DNA of 64,000 nucleotides from an uncultured Bacillota bacterium (GTDB lineage Bacteria; Bacillota; Clostridia; Christensenellales; UBA1242), in NCBI GenBank assembly GCA_900551705.1, contig URWY01000002.1:18053-82052 (forward strand). Reading direction: 5' to 3'. A program made the translations under genes and the position numbers. Under the pieces are notes generated by a model that saw only the letters and a program-made list of their open reading frames with translations, was not told the DNA's origin and did no database searches. This document shows, one piece after another, positions 36,359-45,245 of this stretch. How positions within the stretch are numbered: the stretch's first letter is position 1; the number at the start of each line of letters is the position of its first letter.

Positions 36359-38638
36359 GTGAAAAAGGTTTTTAAGTTGACCAGTATAATAGTTGCGTGT
36401 TTGCTAGCGCTTATGCTAATAGCGTTTGCTATTATTTTTGTCATTTTTTCAACACAAGCAAAGAAAGAAGTTTTTGACAGCACAAAACTTGCAACTTCAT
36501 CTTTCCAAATTGAAGTTTATGATGAAACTGGTAATTTAATTACAGATAAAAACCAATTTAATAACCAACATATCAGCATAAAAGACCTTAACCCGAATAC
36601 AATCGCCGCGTTTATATCCATAGAGGACAAAAATTTCTATAATCATTCTGGCGTAAACTATAAAAGAATGTTAAAAGCACTTGTTAAAAATTTAACCAGC
36701 GGCAAAGTTAAAGAAGGTGCATCAACAATTTCTCAACAATTAATTAAAAACACACACTTGTCAAGCGAACGAACCTATGAAAGGAAGATAAAAGAAATCT
36801 TTTTAGCAAAAGAAATGGAAAGACAGGTGTCCAAAGACGATATTTTGGAAAGTTATTTAAATATTATTTATTATGGAAACAATATTTATGGCATTGAAAA
36901 TGCTGCAAGATTTTATTTTTCTAAGCCAGCAAGCGAATTAAATTTACAGCAAAGCGCAACACTTGCTGGAATGATAAAATCGCCAGGCAACTACTGCCCC
37001 ATCACCAATGCTGAAAAGTGCAAAAACAGGCGCAATTTGGTGCTAAGCGAAATGCTAAAAGATGGCAAAATCAGCCAAGACGAGTACGAAAAAGCAAAAA
37101 ATACGGATTTGGAGCTCAACATTGATGAAAATTTCAATAATGGTCAAAATTCATATAGCCAAGCAGCAATAGATGAAGCACGCAAAATTTTAAATATTCC
37201 AACAAAACAAATTGCACTTGGGAAATACAAGATTTATACATATCAAAATCCAAACAAACAAGCCGCACTCGAAAAAGCACTCAAAAATCAGTTCTCCGAA
37301 GTTGGAAAACACGACATTGCTGGCATTTCAATAAATAATTCAACATTTGGCGTTGAAGCATATTTTGGCAAAAGTTCATTTTCAATTTTAAATTCAAAAC
37401 GCCAACCAGGGTCAATTATAAAACCAATTTTGGTGTATGGCCCTGCAATGAATGAAAATAAAATTTCCCCTTCGACAATGATTTTAGACGACAAAATTGA
37501 CATCAACGGCTACAAACCAGAAAATGTCACCAAAACATACTCTGGCTATGTTTCTGTCCGCGAAGCCGTTGCAAAATCAATGAACATTCCAGCAGTCAAA
37601 ACTTTGTCGTATATCGGCATTGACAAAGCAAAACGCTATGCTGAAAGATTTGGCATTGAGTTTGACGAAAACGACAACGGTTATGCTCTTGCTCTTGGTG
37701 GCATGACCTACGGAACAAATCTTTTGACACTGACAAACGCCTATGCAAGTTTTGCTAACAACGGCAAATTTAAAACTGCCTGTTTTATAAAAGAAATAAA
37801 AGATAAGAACAATAAAACTATTTATACTAGTCAAAAACCCTACGACCAAATCCTGCGTGAAGATGCAAACTATTTAACTCTTGAAACATTGTTTGAAAGT
37901 GCAAAAACTGGAACTGCAAAAAGGCTATCCGACTTGCCTTACCAGATTGCTTCCAAAACTGGAACAGTTGGTAAAGGCGCATCAAACGGAGACGCCTATA
38001 ACTTGGCAGTCACCACCGAAGATAGTGTTGGAGTTTGGGTTGGCAACTTAAAAGGCGAAGAAATTGGTTCAATAACTGGCGGCATCTTGCCAACCTATGT
38101 TGTGAAAGATTATTTCAAAGACATCTATAAAAAACATACGCCAAAAGATTTTGAGATTCCTTCTTCAATCGCCGAAGTTGAGATTGATAGTTTGGAACTT
38201 GAAAACAATCACATCGTTGTAAAAGCAAACGATTATATTCCAGAAAGATATAAAACAACGGCTCATTTTTCAAAGTTTAATTTGCCAAGTGAAATGTCGA
38301 ATAACTTTTTAGAAATACAATCTCCAACGCTAACTGGCAAAGTTGAGAACGGAAATGTTGTGCTCGAATTTGACGCAGAAAATTATTTAAAATATGATTT
38401 ATATAAAATCGAAAATAATAATGAAAAATTAATAAAATCATTTGATGGAATTAGTGGAAAATTAAATTACACAGCACCATTTGGAAAAAATAAAAGCGAA
38501 AAATATTATTTAAAAACAAAAATAAAAAATTATGCAACTGGTCAAGAAATTGAAAGCGAACCATCAAAAATAATTGAATTAATAAAAACTTCTAAAAACG
38601 CTGTGGCCACTGATAATTCTAATAAATGGTATATTTAA
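36359..38638 (+). CDS. Class A penicillin-binding protein (glycosyltransferase plus transpeptidase)
   Basis: SIEDKNFYNHSGV, GASTISQQLIKN, RQPGSIIKP (SxxK) and ASKTGT (KTG). GTG start and an N-terminal TM helix. Confidence 0.9.
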   Translation: MKKVFKLTSIIVACLLALMLIAFAIIFVIFSTQAKKEVFDSTKLATSSFQIEVYDETGNLITDKNQFNNQHISIKDLNPNTIAAFISIEDKNFYNHSGVNYKRMLKALVKNLTSGKVKEGASTISQQLIKNTHLSSERTYERKIKEIFLAKEMERQVSKDDILESYLNIIYYGNNIYGIENAARFYFSKPASELNLQQSATLAGMIKSPGNYCPITNAEKCKNRRNLVLSEMLKDGKISQDEYEKAKNTDLELNIDENFNNGQNSYSQAAIDEARKILNIPTKQIALGKYKIYTYQNPNKQAALEKALKNQFSEVGKHDIAGISINNSTFGVEAYFGKSSFSILNSKRQPGSIIKPILVYGPAMNENKISPSTMILDDKIDINGYKPENVTKTYSGYVSVREAVAKSMNIPAVKTLSYIGIDKAKRYAERFGIEFDENDNGYALALGGMTYGTNLLTLTNAYASFANNGKFKTACFIKEIKDKNNKTIYTSQKPYDQILREDANYLTLETLFESAKTGTAKRLSDLPYQIASKTGTVGKGASNGDAYNLAVTTEDSVGVWVGNLKGEEIGSITGGILPTYVVKDYFKDIYKKHTPKDFEIPSSIAEVEIDSLELENNHIVVKANDYIPERYKTTAHFSKFNLPSEMSNNFLEIQSPTLTGKVENGNVVLEFDAENYLKYDLYKIENNNEKLIKSFDGISGKLNYTAPFGKNKSEKYYLKTKIKNYATGQEIESEPSKIIELIKTSKNAVATDNSNKWYI

Positions 38639-38642
38639 AAAA

Positions 38643-38687
38643 ATCATTAATTATTAATTTAATTAATGATTTTATTTTTATTTTTTT
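38643..38687 (+). terminator. Terminator after the PBP gene
   Basis: ATCATTAATT (38643-38652) pairs with AATTAATGAT (38661-38670), followed by a T-rich tail. Confidence 0.6.
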
Positions 38688-38818
38688 ACATAATTAATTA
38701 TTTATTTAATTATTTATTTTTAAAATATTTATTTTATTTTTTTGAAATATTTTTATTTATTAATTTTTTATTTTATTTTTTATTTTATTTTTTATAATTT
38801 TTTAATATTTTTTTCAAA
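38671..38818 (+). repeat. Almost pure A+T, T-rich low-complexity tract
   Basis: Only a few G/C in about 150 nt. TTATTT/TTAATT-type units recur. Confidence 0.8.
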
Positions 38819-39877
38819 TTATAAAGCGATGGTAGGTTTTGCGGTTAATGATAAATCTGACAAACCTTCACCTGCTTTAATCATAAAATAACCAGCCGAG
38901 CCAATCATCGCGCCATTATCTGTGCAATATTTTAAACTTGGGAAGAAAACATCAATTTGATTTTTCTTGCACTCTGCTGTAAGTGTTTCTCTTAAAAAAC
39001 TATTTGCAGATACGCCGCCAGCAACAACAAGTTTTTTCATACCTTTTTCTTTGCAAGCTTTAATTGCTTTTGTAGCCAATTCTTTTACAACCGCAGTTTG
39101 AAAACTTGCACAAATATCATCTATTGGCAACTTTTCATTTGGATTTTTTTGTTTCAAATTATGAACATAATTTATAACTGCAGTTTTAATTCCACTAAAA
39201 CTGAAATTCAAACTATCTGTCATAATGTCGTGCGTAAATTTGATGTTGCTTTCTCCATTTTTCGCATGTTTGTCAACTTCTGGCCCGCCAGGATAACAAA
39301 GCCCCAAAACACGAGCAACTTTGTCAAACGCTTCTCCAGCGGCATCGTCAACAGTTGTTCCAATTAGTTCGTGATGTGTGTAGTTAACTATATTTAAAAG
39401 CGCAGTATGTCCGCCACTGACCATTAAACAAATAAATGGTGGTTCAAGAGTTTTTTCAGTTATATAATTTGCTGCAATGTGCCCTTTTATATGACTGACC
39501 GCAATCAAAGGAAGTTGAAGACTGAACGCCAAAGTCTTTGCAAAATTCACTCCAACCATAAGTGCCCCAACAAGACCTGCGCCATAAGTGACAGCAATTG
39601 CATCAATATCTTTTTCCGAAACATTAGCGTCAGCAAGTGCCTGTTTATAAACATTTGAAACTGCTAAAATATGATTTCTTGAAGCAATTTCTGGAACAAC
39701 GCCGCCGTAAAGTCTATGAATTTCAATTTGGCTAGCAACAACATTTGAAAGCACTTCCCTGCCGTTTTTAACAACTGCGATTGATGTTTCATCGCAAGAA
39801 CTTTCAACCGATAATACAATTATGTCTTTCTTGTCCTTTAACTTTTCAAATTTTTGTTTTGCTATTTCAAAATACAT
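38819..39877 (-). CDS. tsaD: tRNA N6-adenosine threonylcarbamoyltransferase TsaD
   Basis: Start moved to MYFEIAK with a GGGGG RBS. VESSCDETS, HIKGH and VAGGVSAN. Confidence 0.9.
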   Translation of the reverse strand: MYFEIAKQKFEKLKDKKDIIVLSVESSCDETSIAVVKNGREVLSNVVASQIEIHRLYGGVVPEIASRNHILAVSNVYKQALADANVSEKDIDAIAVTYGAGLVGALMVGVNFAKTLAFSLQLPLIAVSHIKGHIAANYITEKTLEPPFICLMVSGGHTALLNIVNYTHHELIGTTVDDAAGEAFDKVARVLGLCYPGGPEVDKHAKNGESNIKFTHDIMTDSLNFSFSGIKTAVINYVHNLKQKNPNEKLPIDDICASFQTAVVKELATKAIKACKEKGMKKLVVAGGVSANSFLRETLTAECKKNQIDVFFPSLKYCTDNGAMIGSAGYFMIKAGEGLSDLSLTAKPTIAL

Positions 39878-39878
39878 A

Positions 39879-40469
39879 TTATTCCCCCATTTCTGCACTT
39901 TTTCGTTCAATAATTAAGTTTAAGTCTTGCGATTTTTTAATTAAATTTATGTCTACATTTTTATTTGAAACATAATAAGCTTTAATGGACGAAATATTAA
40001 TATGTGGCACCACAATTAACGAATCGTAAAAACTTTTTGGCTTGCAAATTTCTGATAATTGTTTTTCTTCATATTGATTGAACTTAACGGCTGCATTGAT
40101 AAATTCTTCGTCACTTGCCCCACGAGCTTTTTGAAATAATGTTTTGTCCATGTCAATTTTTTTCTTCACATAATTGTAAAACTCGTCAGCATCTATTTTT
40201 AAGTAATCGTTATCATTATGCTCAAAAGCTATCATAACGCTGTCATCATCTAAATAATTTTTACATTCAGCAGGAGTTGCGAAAGCACAAATTGAATCTT
40301 CCATCCATTCTTCTTTGTCAAGATAAGATAACACGCTTGGCAAGTCATAAGTAAAATTATCATGATAAGTCCCGGCTAAGTCGTCACATTCAATACTGCC
40401 AAATTTATTTTGATTTTTTGCTATTTTTTCAAAAAATACATAGTTTGGAATCAAACAATATAATCTCAT
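39879..40469 (-). CDS. Hypothetical acidic protein
   Basis: 196-aa ORF with a GGAGGAG RBS, packed between prfB and tsaD with 1-nt gaps. Confidence 0.6.
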   Translation of the reverse strand: MRLYCLIPNYVFFEKIAKNQNKFGSIECDDLAGTYHDNFTYDLPSVLSYLDKEEWMEDSICAFATPAECKNYLDDDSVMIAFEHNDNDYLKIDADEFYNYVKKKIDMDKTLFQKARGASDEEFINAAVKFNQYEEKQLSEICKPKSFYDSLIVVPHINISSIKAYYVSNKNVDINLIKKSQDLNLIIERKSAEMGE

Positions 40470-40470
40470 A

Positions 40471-41593
40471 TTACTCCTCCGTTTTTTTATTGCTTTTTAT
40501 CAAATAATCGTTAATAAATGGTTGCAAGTCGCCGTCCATGACGCCGTAAACATCGCTGGTTTCATAGTTTGTTCTATGGTCTTTAACCATTGAATATGGG
40601 TGAAAAACATACGACCTGATTTGACTGCCCCACTCAATTTTTTTGAGTTCTCCACGAATTGATGAAAGTTTTTCCATCTCTTCACTTTCTTTTTTATCTG
40701 CAAGTTTTGCTCTAAGCATTTTCATGCAAGTTTCACGATTTTGAATTTGACTTCTTTCGGTTTGGCAAGAAACAACAATCCCAGTTGGAATATGTGTAAT
40801 TCTTATCGCTGACTCTGTTTTATTAATATGTTGACCGCCTGCACCACTGCTACGATATGTGTCAATTTTCAAATCTTCGCTGCGAATTTCAGGCATTTCG
40901 CTTTCTTCAATCTCTGGCATAACTTCAACACTGGCAAAACTTGTATGCCTACGAGCATTCGCATCAAAAGGAGATATTCTAACAAGCCTATGCACTCCCT
41001 TTTCGCATTTTAAATAACCATAAGCATTTTCGCCATTAATAGAAAAAGTCACACTTTTAATTCCCGCTTCATCACCATCAAGCAAATTTAAAACTTCCAT
41101 TTTAAAACCTTGCTTTTCGGCATACATGGAATACATTCTAAAAAGCATTTGTGCCCAGTCCTGTGCTTCCGTGCCACCTGCCCCAGAATGAATTGTCAAA
41201 ATAGCATTGTGCGAATCATATTTTCCATTTAGCATTGTTTCAATTCTGAGTTCTTCTTTCTTTTTTGTTAAATTTTGAAGCTCATTCAAAAGTTCGTCAT
41301 AGAACTCTTTCGCTTCACTATCTGAACAACTTTCGCTTAACTCAATTAAAGTTTCGCAGTCGTTTAACTTACTTTCAAAATTCTTAATGCCTTCAAATTT
41401 ATCTTCAACATATTTGAGTTCTTTGCCAACACGCTCTGCCGCTTTCATATCTTGCCAAAAGCCGTCACTTTGTTGTTCTTTTTTTAATTCATCAATTTTG
41501 TTTTTTAAACCGACTGGGTCAAAGACACTCCTTAATATACTGGAATTGTTCTCTTAACTCTTTAAGTTTTAATTTTTCATTTTCAACAATCAT
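40471..41593 (-). CDS. prfB: Peptide chain release factor 2, requiring a +1 programmed frameshift
   Basis: Frame 0 reads MIVENEKLKLKELREQFQYIKECL-TGA (41593-41519). The +1 frame continues DPVGLKNKIDELKKEQQSDGFWQDMKAAERVG... into the 325-aa ORF, which contains SGAGGQHINKT (GGQ). Confidence 0.9.
41518..41524 (-). promoter_or_regulatory. RF2 autoregulatory +1 frameshift site CTT TGA C
   Basis: Minus strand reads AAGGAG TGT CTT TGA C, an internal SD-like AAGGAG 3 nt before the slippery CTT. Confidence 0.9.
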
Positions 41594-41639
41594 TTTACAC
41601 CTAATATAATTATATAATTTTTGACATTAAAGTCAACAT

Positions 41640-43619
41640 TTAAAAATTTTGCTTTTCCGACTGCAAAACAAGTTTGTTTGTTGCTCTTGTGACTATGTTA
41701 TATAGAATGTTTTTATCAAGTTTATTTTTTAAATCATAGTCGTCTAAATTTGCAACAATAACTTCTTCAAATTCAATACCTTTTACATTGTTTACACTTG
41801 CAACTAAAAGCTTACCATTTTCAAATTTGTTCAAAGTGCAATCAATTTGATTTTTTAATTTTGAGTAAAATTCATTCGCCGATCTTTCGTCTTTACACAA
41901 AATTGCCCTGCTTTCAAATTTTGAATTTCCCAAAAATTTAATAAGTTCAGTTGATTTAACAAACTCAACTTTGTCGCCATCTCTATCAAAATTTTTACTG
42001 CCAACATCTTTAACCTTGCTTGCAAATTCAGAAATCTGATTTGTCATTCTGTATGATTTTGTAAGATAAATCACTTCGCCAAGATTGCAAAATTCTGACA
42101 ATTTCTTTAAATAGATTTCATCTAAGTTTTTAAAAATTGATTGGTTTACATCGCCCAACACAATCCAATTACACGAGCAAATTTCTTTCAATAGTTCAAA
42201 ATGTAGAGGGCTGTATTCTTGAAATTCATCAACTATTAGAACTTTGACTTCATTCTTTTTTTCAAGTCCATAAAAATAATTTGCTAAATATAAAATTGCA
42301 ATCAAATCATCAAAATTAACTGAAATTTTGCCATTTTTATAATTTTTTTCTAGTTTTTTATTAATTTTTTCATTATTTTTATAAAATTCAACCAAAACAT
42401 CGTAAATATTTCCAAATGTATACATTGAATATAAATTGCTAAGCGCCCTGCTTTTTGCTTGGCTTGGGATATTTAAAATATCGCAAACATACTCGCTAAT
42501 ATTCGCAAGCCTTTCCGCTGGTTGCAATGCGCTAAATTTGTTCGTGAAGATATTCTCAATATCAGAAGCAGAAAAAACATCTTCTCCAAGTTTGATATCA
42601 GTTGCAACAAAATATTTGTTTTCATTTTGTTTCAAAAACTTTTTTAAATCACAAACAAATTCAAATGAGTTCTTATATAAATAATCTTGCAATGCGACAT
42701 TGTCTTTCAAAAGTCTTTCGCTCATTTCTTGACTTGATTCATAAGAAAATCCTTCCAACTGCTCATGTGCGAAATCAACAAAAGTTATACTGTTAATTGA
42801 ATGTTCGCCAAGTTCTGGTAAAACATTTTCAATATATTTTGAAAACAAGTCCGAATGAGAAATTACAAGCAAGTTTTCACTTGTCAATTCCTTTCTCATT
42901 GAATACAACAAAAATGCAGCGCGGTGAAGTGCTATTGAAGTTTTTCCGCTTCCAGCAACACCTTGAACAAGCATATTTTTCAAATCTGGTTCACGAATTA
43001 TAACATTTTGCTCTTTTTGAATTGTTGCAACAATGTCTTTCATCTTGTCAGTTTTCGCACTTGCAAGTTCACTTTTTAAAATCTCATCGCCAACAGTTAA
43101 GGAACTATCAAAGGCATAAATGATTTTATCTTCCTTAACTTTATACTGCCTTTTTGCTAAAATTTCACCTTCAACTCGACCTTCTTCACAATTATAACCC
43201 GCATGACCAAGTTCATAATCGTAATACATCGATGAAATCGGAGCACGCCAATCGCAGACAAGTGGATAAGAATTTTGACCAACAAAACCAGTTTTACCAA
43301 CATAAACATTATGGAAGCCATTGTCAGAAGTAAACTTAAAACTGCCAAAATAGCAAGATTTTTTCAAAATTTCAAGCAACATCTTTCTTCTTTTCAACAT
43401 TTCTGATGCAAGTTCAAGATTTTCAAAATATAAATCAGTTGAAGTTTCTTCTTCAACATCCATATCATATATGCTGTCATCTTTATAAGCATAATGCTCT
43501 TTTAACGCATTTTCCGCTTGCCCTACCCTATCAGCCGTATCTTCAATTGCGGTGCAAACTTGTTTATAAACATCTTCAAGATGCTTTTCTTCAACTTTTA
43601 ATTGTTCTTCATTTATCAT
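41640..43619 (-). CDS. UvrD/Rep-family helicase, HelD-like
   Basis: Coiled N-terminal region, Walker A GVAGSGKTSIALHRAAFLLY, and a C-terminal VKGIEFEEVIV segment. Confidence 0.7.
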   Translation of the reverse strand: MINEEQLKVEEKHLEDVYKQVCTAIEDTADRVGQAENALKEHYAYKDDSIYDMDVEEETSTDLYFENLELASEMLKRRKMLLEILKKSCYFGSFKFTSDNGFHNVYVGKTGFVGQNSYPLVCDWRAPISSMYYDYELGHAGYNCEEGRVEGEILAKRQYKVKEDKIIYAFDSSLTVGDEILKSELASAKTDKMKDIVATIQKEQNVIIREPDLKNMLVQGVAGSGKTSIALHRAAFLLYSMRKELTSENLLVISHSDLFSKYIENVLPELGEHSINSITFVDFAHEQLEGFSYESSQEMSERLLKDNVALQDYLYKNSFEFVCDLKKFLKQNENKYFVATDIKLGEDVFSASDIENIFTNKFSALQPAERLANISEYVCDILNIPSQAKSRALSNLYSMYTFGNIYDVLVEFYKNNEKINKKLEKNYKNGKISVNFDDLIAILYLANYFYGLEKKNEVKVLIVDEFQEYSPLHFELLKEICSCNWIVLGDVNQSIFKNLDEIYLKKLSEFCNLGEVIYLTKSYRMTNQISEFASKVKDVGSKNFDRDGDKVEFVKSTELIKFLGNSKFESRAILCKDERSANEFYSKLKNQIDCTLNKFENGKLLVASVNNVKGIEFEEVIVANLDDYDLKNKLDKNILYNIVTRATNKLVLQSEKQNF

Positions 43620-43684
43620 GTGATATATATTATCACTTTTAGCACTTTAAGTAAATAAAAATTTAAAATTAATTAATTAAATTG

Positions 43685-43713
43685 TTGACAACTAAATTAG
43701 ATTGTGCTATTAT
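43685..43713 (+). promoter_or_regulatory. Sigma-A-type promoter of tRNA-Arg (TTGACA-17-TGcTATTAT)
   Basis: TTGACA at 43685-43690, a 17-nt spacer ending in TGC, then TATTAT at 43708-43713. Confidence 0.65.
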
Positions 43714-43729
43714 ACCAATGTTTTGAAAT

Positions 43730-43806
43730 GCGCTAGTAGCTCAGTTGGATAGAGCAGTGCCCTTCTAAGGCAAAGGTCAGGGGTTCGAATCCCTTCTGGC
43801 GCACCA
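43730..43806 (+). tRNA. tRNA-Arg (anticodon UCU)
   Basis: Manually folded. Acceptor GCGCTAG/CTGGCGC, anticodon loop CTTCTAA, T-arm AGGGG-TTCGAAT-CCCTT, encoded CCA. Confidence 0.9.
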
Positions 43807-43809
43807 AAC

Positions 43810-43957
43810 GCAAATTGTCGGGCTTTTAGCTCGATTTTTTGTTTATGCAAAAAATGCAGCGCATTGATGCCCGCAATTTGCTTATTACCGACCAAACGCG
43901 AAATTGTATTACAATTTCGGTCGGTACTCTCATGCGAAGTGATTGCTACGAAGATAT
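43810..43957 (+). repeat. Copy A of a ~148-nt structured element (candidate ncRNA or dispersed repeat)
   Basis: Near-identical to 45246-45392. It forms two long helices and contains a terminator-like hairpin TCGGGC-TTTTA-GCTCGA followed by T6. Confidence 0.85.
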
Positions 43958-44057
43958 ACAATAGGAAAAATTATTTAGTTGCGGGGCTTGAACGGAGAGT
44001 TAAAAAACTTGCCACTGGCAACTTTTTTTTACGCTTAGTTCAAATCCTAATATGCAA

Positions 44058-44081
44058 ACAAAAAAAGCCTTTCGGCTTTTC
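44058..44081 (-). terminator. Terminator after tRNA-Gln(UUG)
   Basis: The minus strand reads AAAGCC-GAAA-GGCTTT followed by T7. Confidence 0.7.
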
Positions 44082-44156
44082 TGGCTGGGGTGGCAGGATT
44101 TGAACCTACGCATGCGGGAGTCAAAGTCCCGTGCCTTACCGCTTGGCTACACCCCA
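44082..44156 (-). tRNA. tRNA-Gln (anticodon UUG)
   Basis: Acceptor TGGGGTG/CACCCCA, anticodon loop CTTTGAC, T-arm GTAGG-TTCAAAT-CCTGC, encoded CCA. Confidence 0.9.
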
Positions 44157-44168
44157 ATAACAAGTTGC

Positions 44169-44197
44169 ATTATAACATAGTGTTTTGTTAAATGCAA
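44169..44197 (-). promoter_or_regulatory. Sigma-A-type promoter of tRNA-Gln(UUG) (TTGCAT-17-TGtTATAAT)
   Basis: Minus-strand TTGCAT at 44197-44192 and TATAAT at 44174-44169. Confidence 0.6.
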
Positions 44198-44231
44198 GAA
44201 TTTTTATCAAATTTATTTAAAAACTTTTTTA

Positions 44232-44260
44232 TTGACTACTTTTTTTATATATGTTATCAT
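44232..44260 (+). promoter_or_regulatory. Sigma-A-type promoter of the phosphorylase gene (TTGACT-17-TGtTATCAT)
   Basis: TTGACT at 44232-44237 and TATCAT at 44255-44260. Confidence 0.55.
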
Positions 44261-44276
44261 ACCCATGGAGAAAATT

Positions 44277-45038
44277 ATGCTTTTAGAAGAATTTGATGAG
44301 AACAAAATCGCCGTTTTAAACGCAAGTAATATAGTTAAAAAAAATGATGAAATGCCAAAAACAATCGTTTCATTTTTTGAACATAAGTTATTTGATATGT
44401 TTTTAGAGAAATTTAAGCCAGAACAAATCACGGAAATTGGTTGTGCTGTGAAAATCCACCCAATTTATAAAGTAAATTTTGAAGGCAAAGAAATTGCAGT
44501 AATACAAGCAGGCATTGGCGAACCTTATTGCGTTTCAAACTTTGAAGAAATTATTGAACTTGGTGTTGAAAATATTTTACTTTTTGGTTCGTGTGGTTCA
44601 TTGATACCATTAAATGCATGCTCAGTTATTGTGCCTTACGCCGCACTTAGAGATGAAGGCACAAGTTTTCACTACGCTCCACCTAGCGATGAAATCGAAC
44701 TTGATGCTAAATTAGTAAAAAATCTTTGTGCTTTCTTTAAAAATAAAGGCATAAAATATGAACTTGGTAAAACCTGGACTACCGATGCTTTTTATAGAGA
44801 AACACCAAAAAAAGTTGAAAGTCGCAAAAAAATGGGTGCAATTTGTGTAGAAATGGAATGTGCAGGCATGACAGCAATGTGCAAATTCAGAAATGTAAAT
44901 TTCGCAACATTTTTCTATACAGGCGATAGTTTGGCAACTGGTGAATGGGACAAAGGTAGTCTTTCGCATTTAAAACTTGAAGGTAAAGATATTTTAGTTC
45001 CTTTGGCATTTGAAGCCGCAAACACTATTTTTGATTAA
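44277..45038 (+). CDS. Nucleoside phosphorylase, PNP/UDP family 1 (uridine phosphorylase-like)
   Basis: ATG 44277 lies 6 nt after GGAG. IAVIQAGIGEPYCV, LFGSCGSL, ALRDEGTSFHY and ICVEMECAG. Confidence 0.75.
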   Translation: MLLEEFDENKIAVLNASNIVKKNDEMPKTIVSFFEHKLFDMFLEKFKPEQITEIGCAVKIHPIYKVNFEGKEIAVIQAGIGEPYCVSNFEEIIELGVENILLFGSCGSLIPLNACSVIVPYAALRDEGTSFHYAPPSDEIELDAKLVKNLCAFFKNKGIKYELGKTWTTDAFYRETPKKVESRKKMGAICVEMECAGMTAMCKFRNVNFATFFYTGDSLATGEWDKGSLSHLKLEGKDILVPLAFEAANTIFD

Positions 45039-45043
45039 TTTTA

Positions 45044-45072
45044 TTGCAACATATTTTTAAAAGTGATAAAAT
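45044..45072 (+). promoter_or_regulatory. Sigma-A-type promoter of tRNA-Val/tRNA-Gln (TTGCAA-17-TGaTAAAAT)
   Basis: TTGCAA at 45044-45049 and TAAAAT at 45067-45072. Confidence 0.6.
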
Positions 45073-45084
45073 ATTGTTGCAGTC

Positions 45085-45161
45085 GGACAATTAGCTCAGT
45101 TGGTTAGAGCGTCTCTTTCACATGGAGAAGGTCGGGAGTTCGAGTCTCTTATTGTCCACCA
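45085..45161 (+). tRNA. tRNA-Val (anticodon CAC)
   Basis: Acceptor GGACAAT/ATTGTCC, anticodon stem TCTCT/GGAGA with loop TTCACAT, T-arm GGGAG-TTCGAGT-CTCTT, encoded CCA. Confidence 0.85.
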
Positions 45162-45165
45162 ACAT

Positions 45166-45240
45166 TGGGGTGTCGCCAAGCGGTAAGGCATGGGACTCTG
45201 ACTCCCACATTCCTAGGTTCGAATCCTAGTACCCCAGCCA
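45166..45240 (+). tRNA. tRNA-Gln (anticodon CUG)
   Basis: Acceptor TGGGGTG/TACCCCA (G7:U66 wobble), anticodon loop CTCTGAC, T-arm CTAGG-TTCGAAT-CCTAG, encoded CCA. Confidence 0.9.
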
Positions 45241-45245
45241 GAAAA

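Noticed and set aside
43961-44057. Segment GCGGGGCTTGAACGGAGAG, resembling a tRNA T-arm remnant on the minus strand
   Set aside because: No complementary T-stem or acceptor stem could be folded, so the resemblance to GTTCAAG is probably coincidental.
43710-44103. ORFs overlapping tRNA-Arg and repeat copy A (83 aa minus, 79 aa plus), their analogues at 45149-45395, and a possible 35-39-aa peptide starting ATGCAGCGC inside the repeat
   Set aside because: They run through tRNA genes. The two repeat copies differ by loop indels that put the shared sequence in different frames after ...TDQTRNC, so no peptide is conserved. The conservation fits RNA or DNA structure instead.
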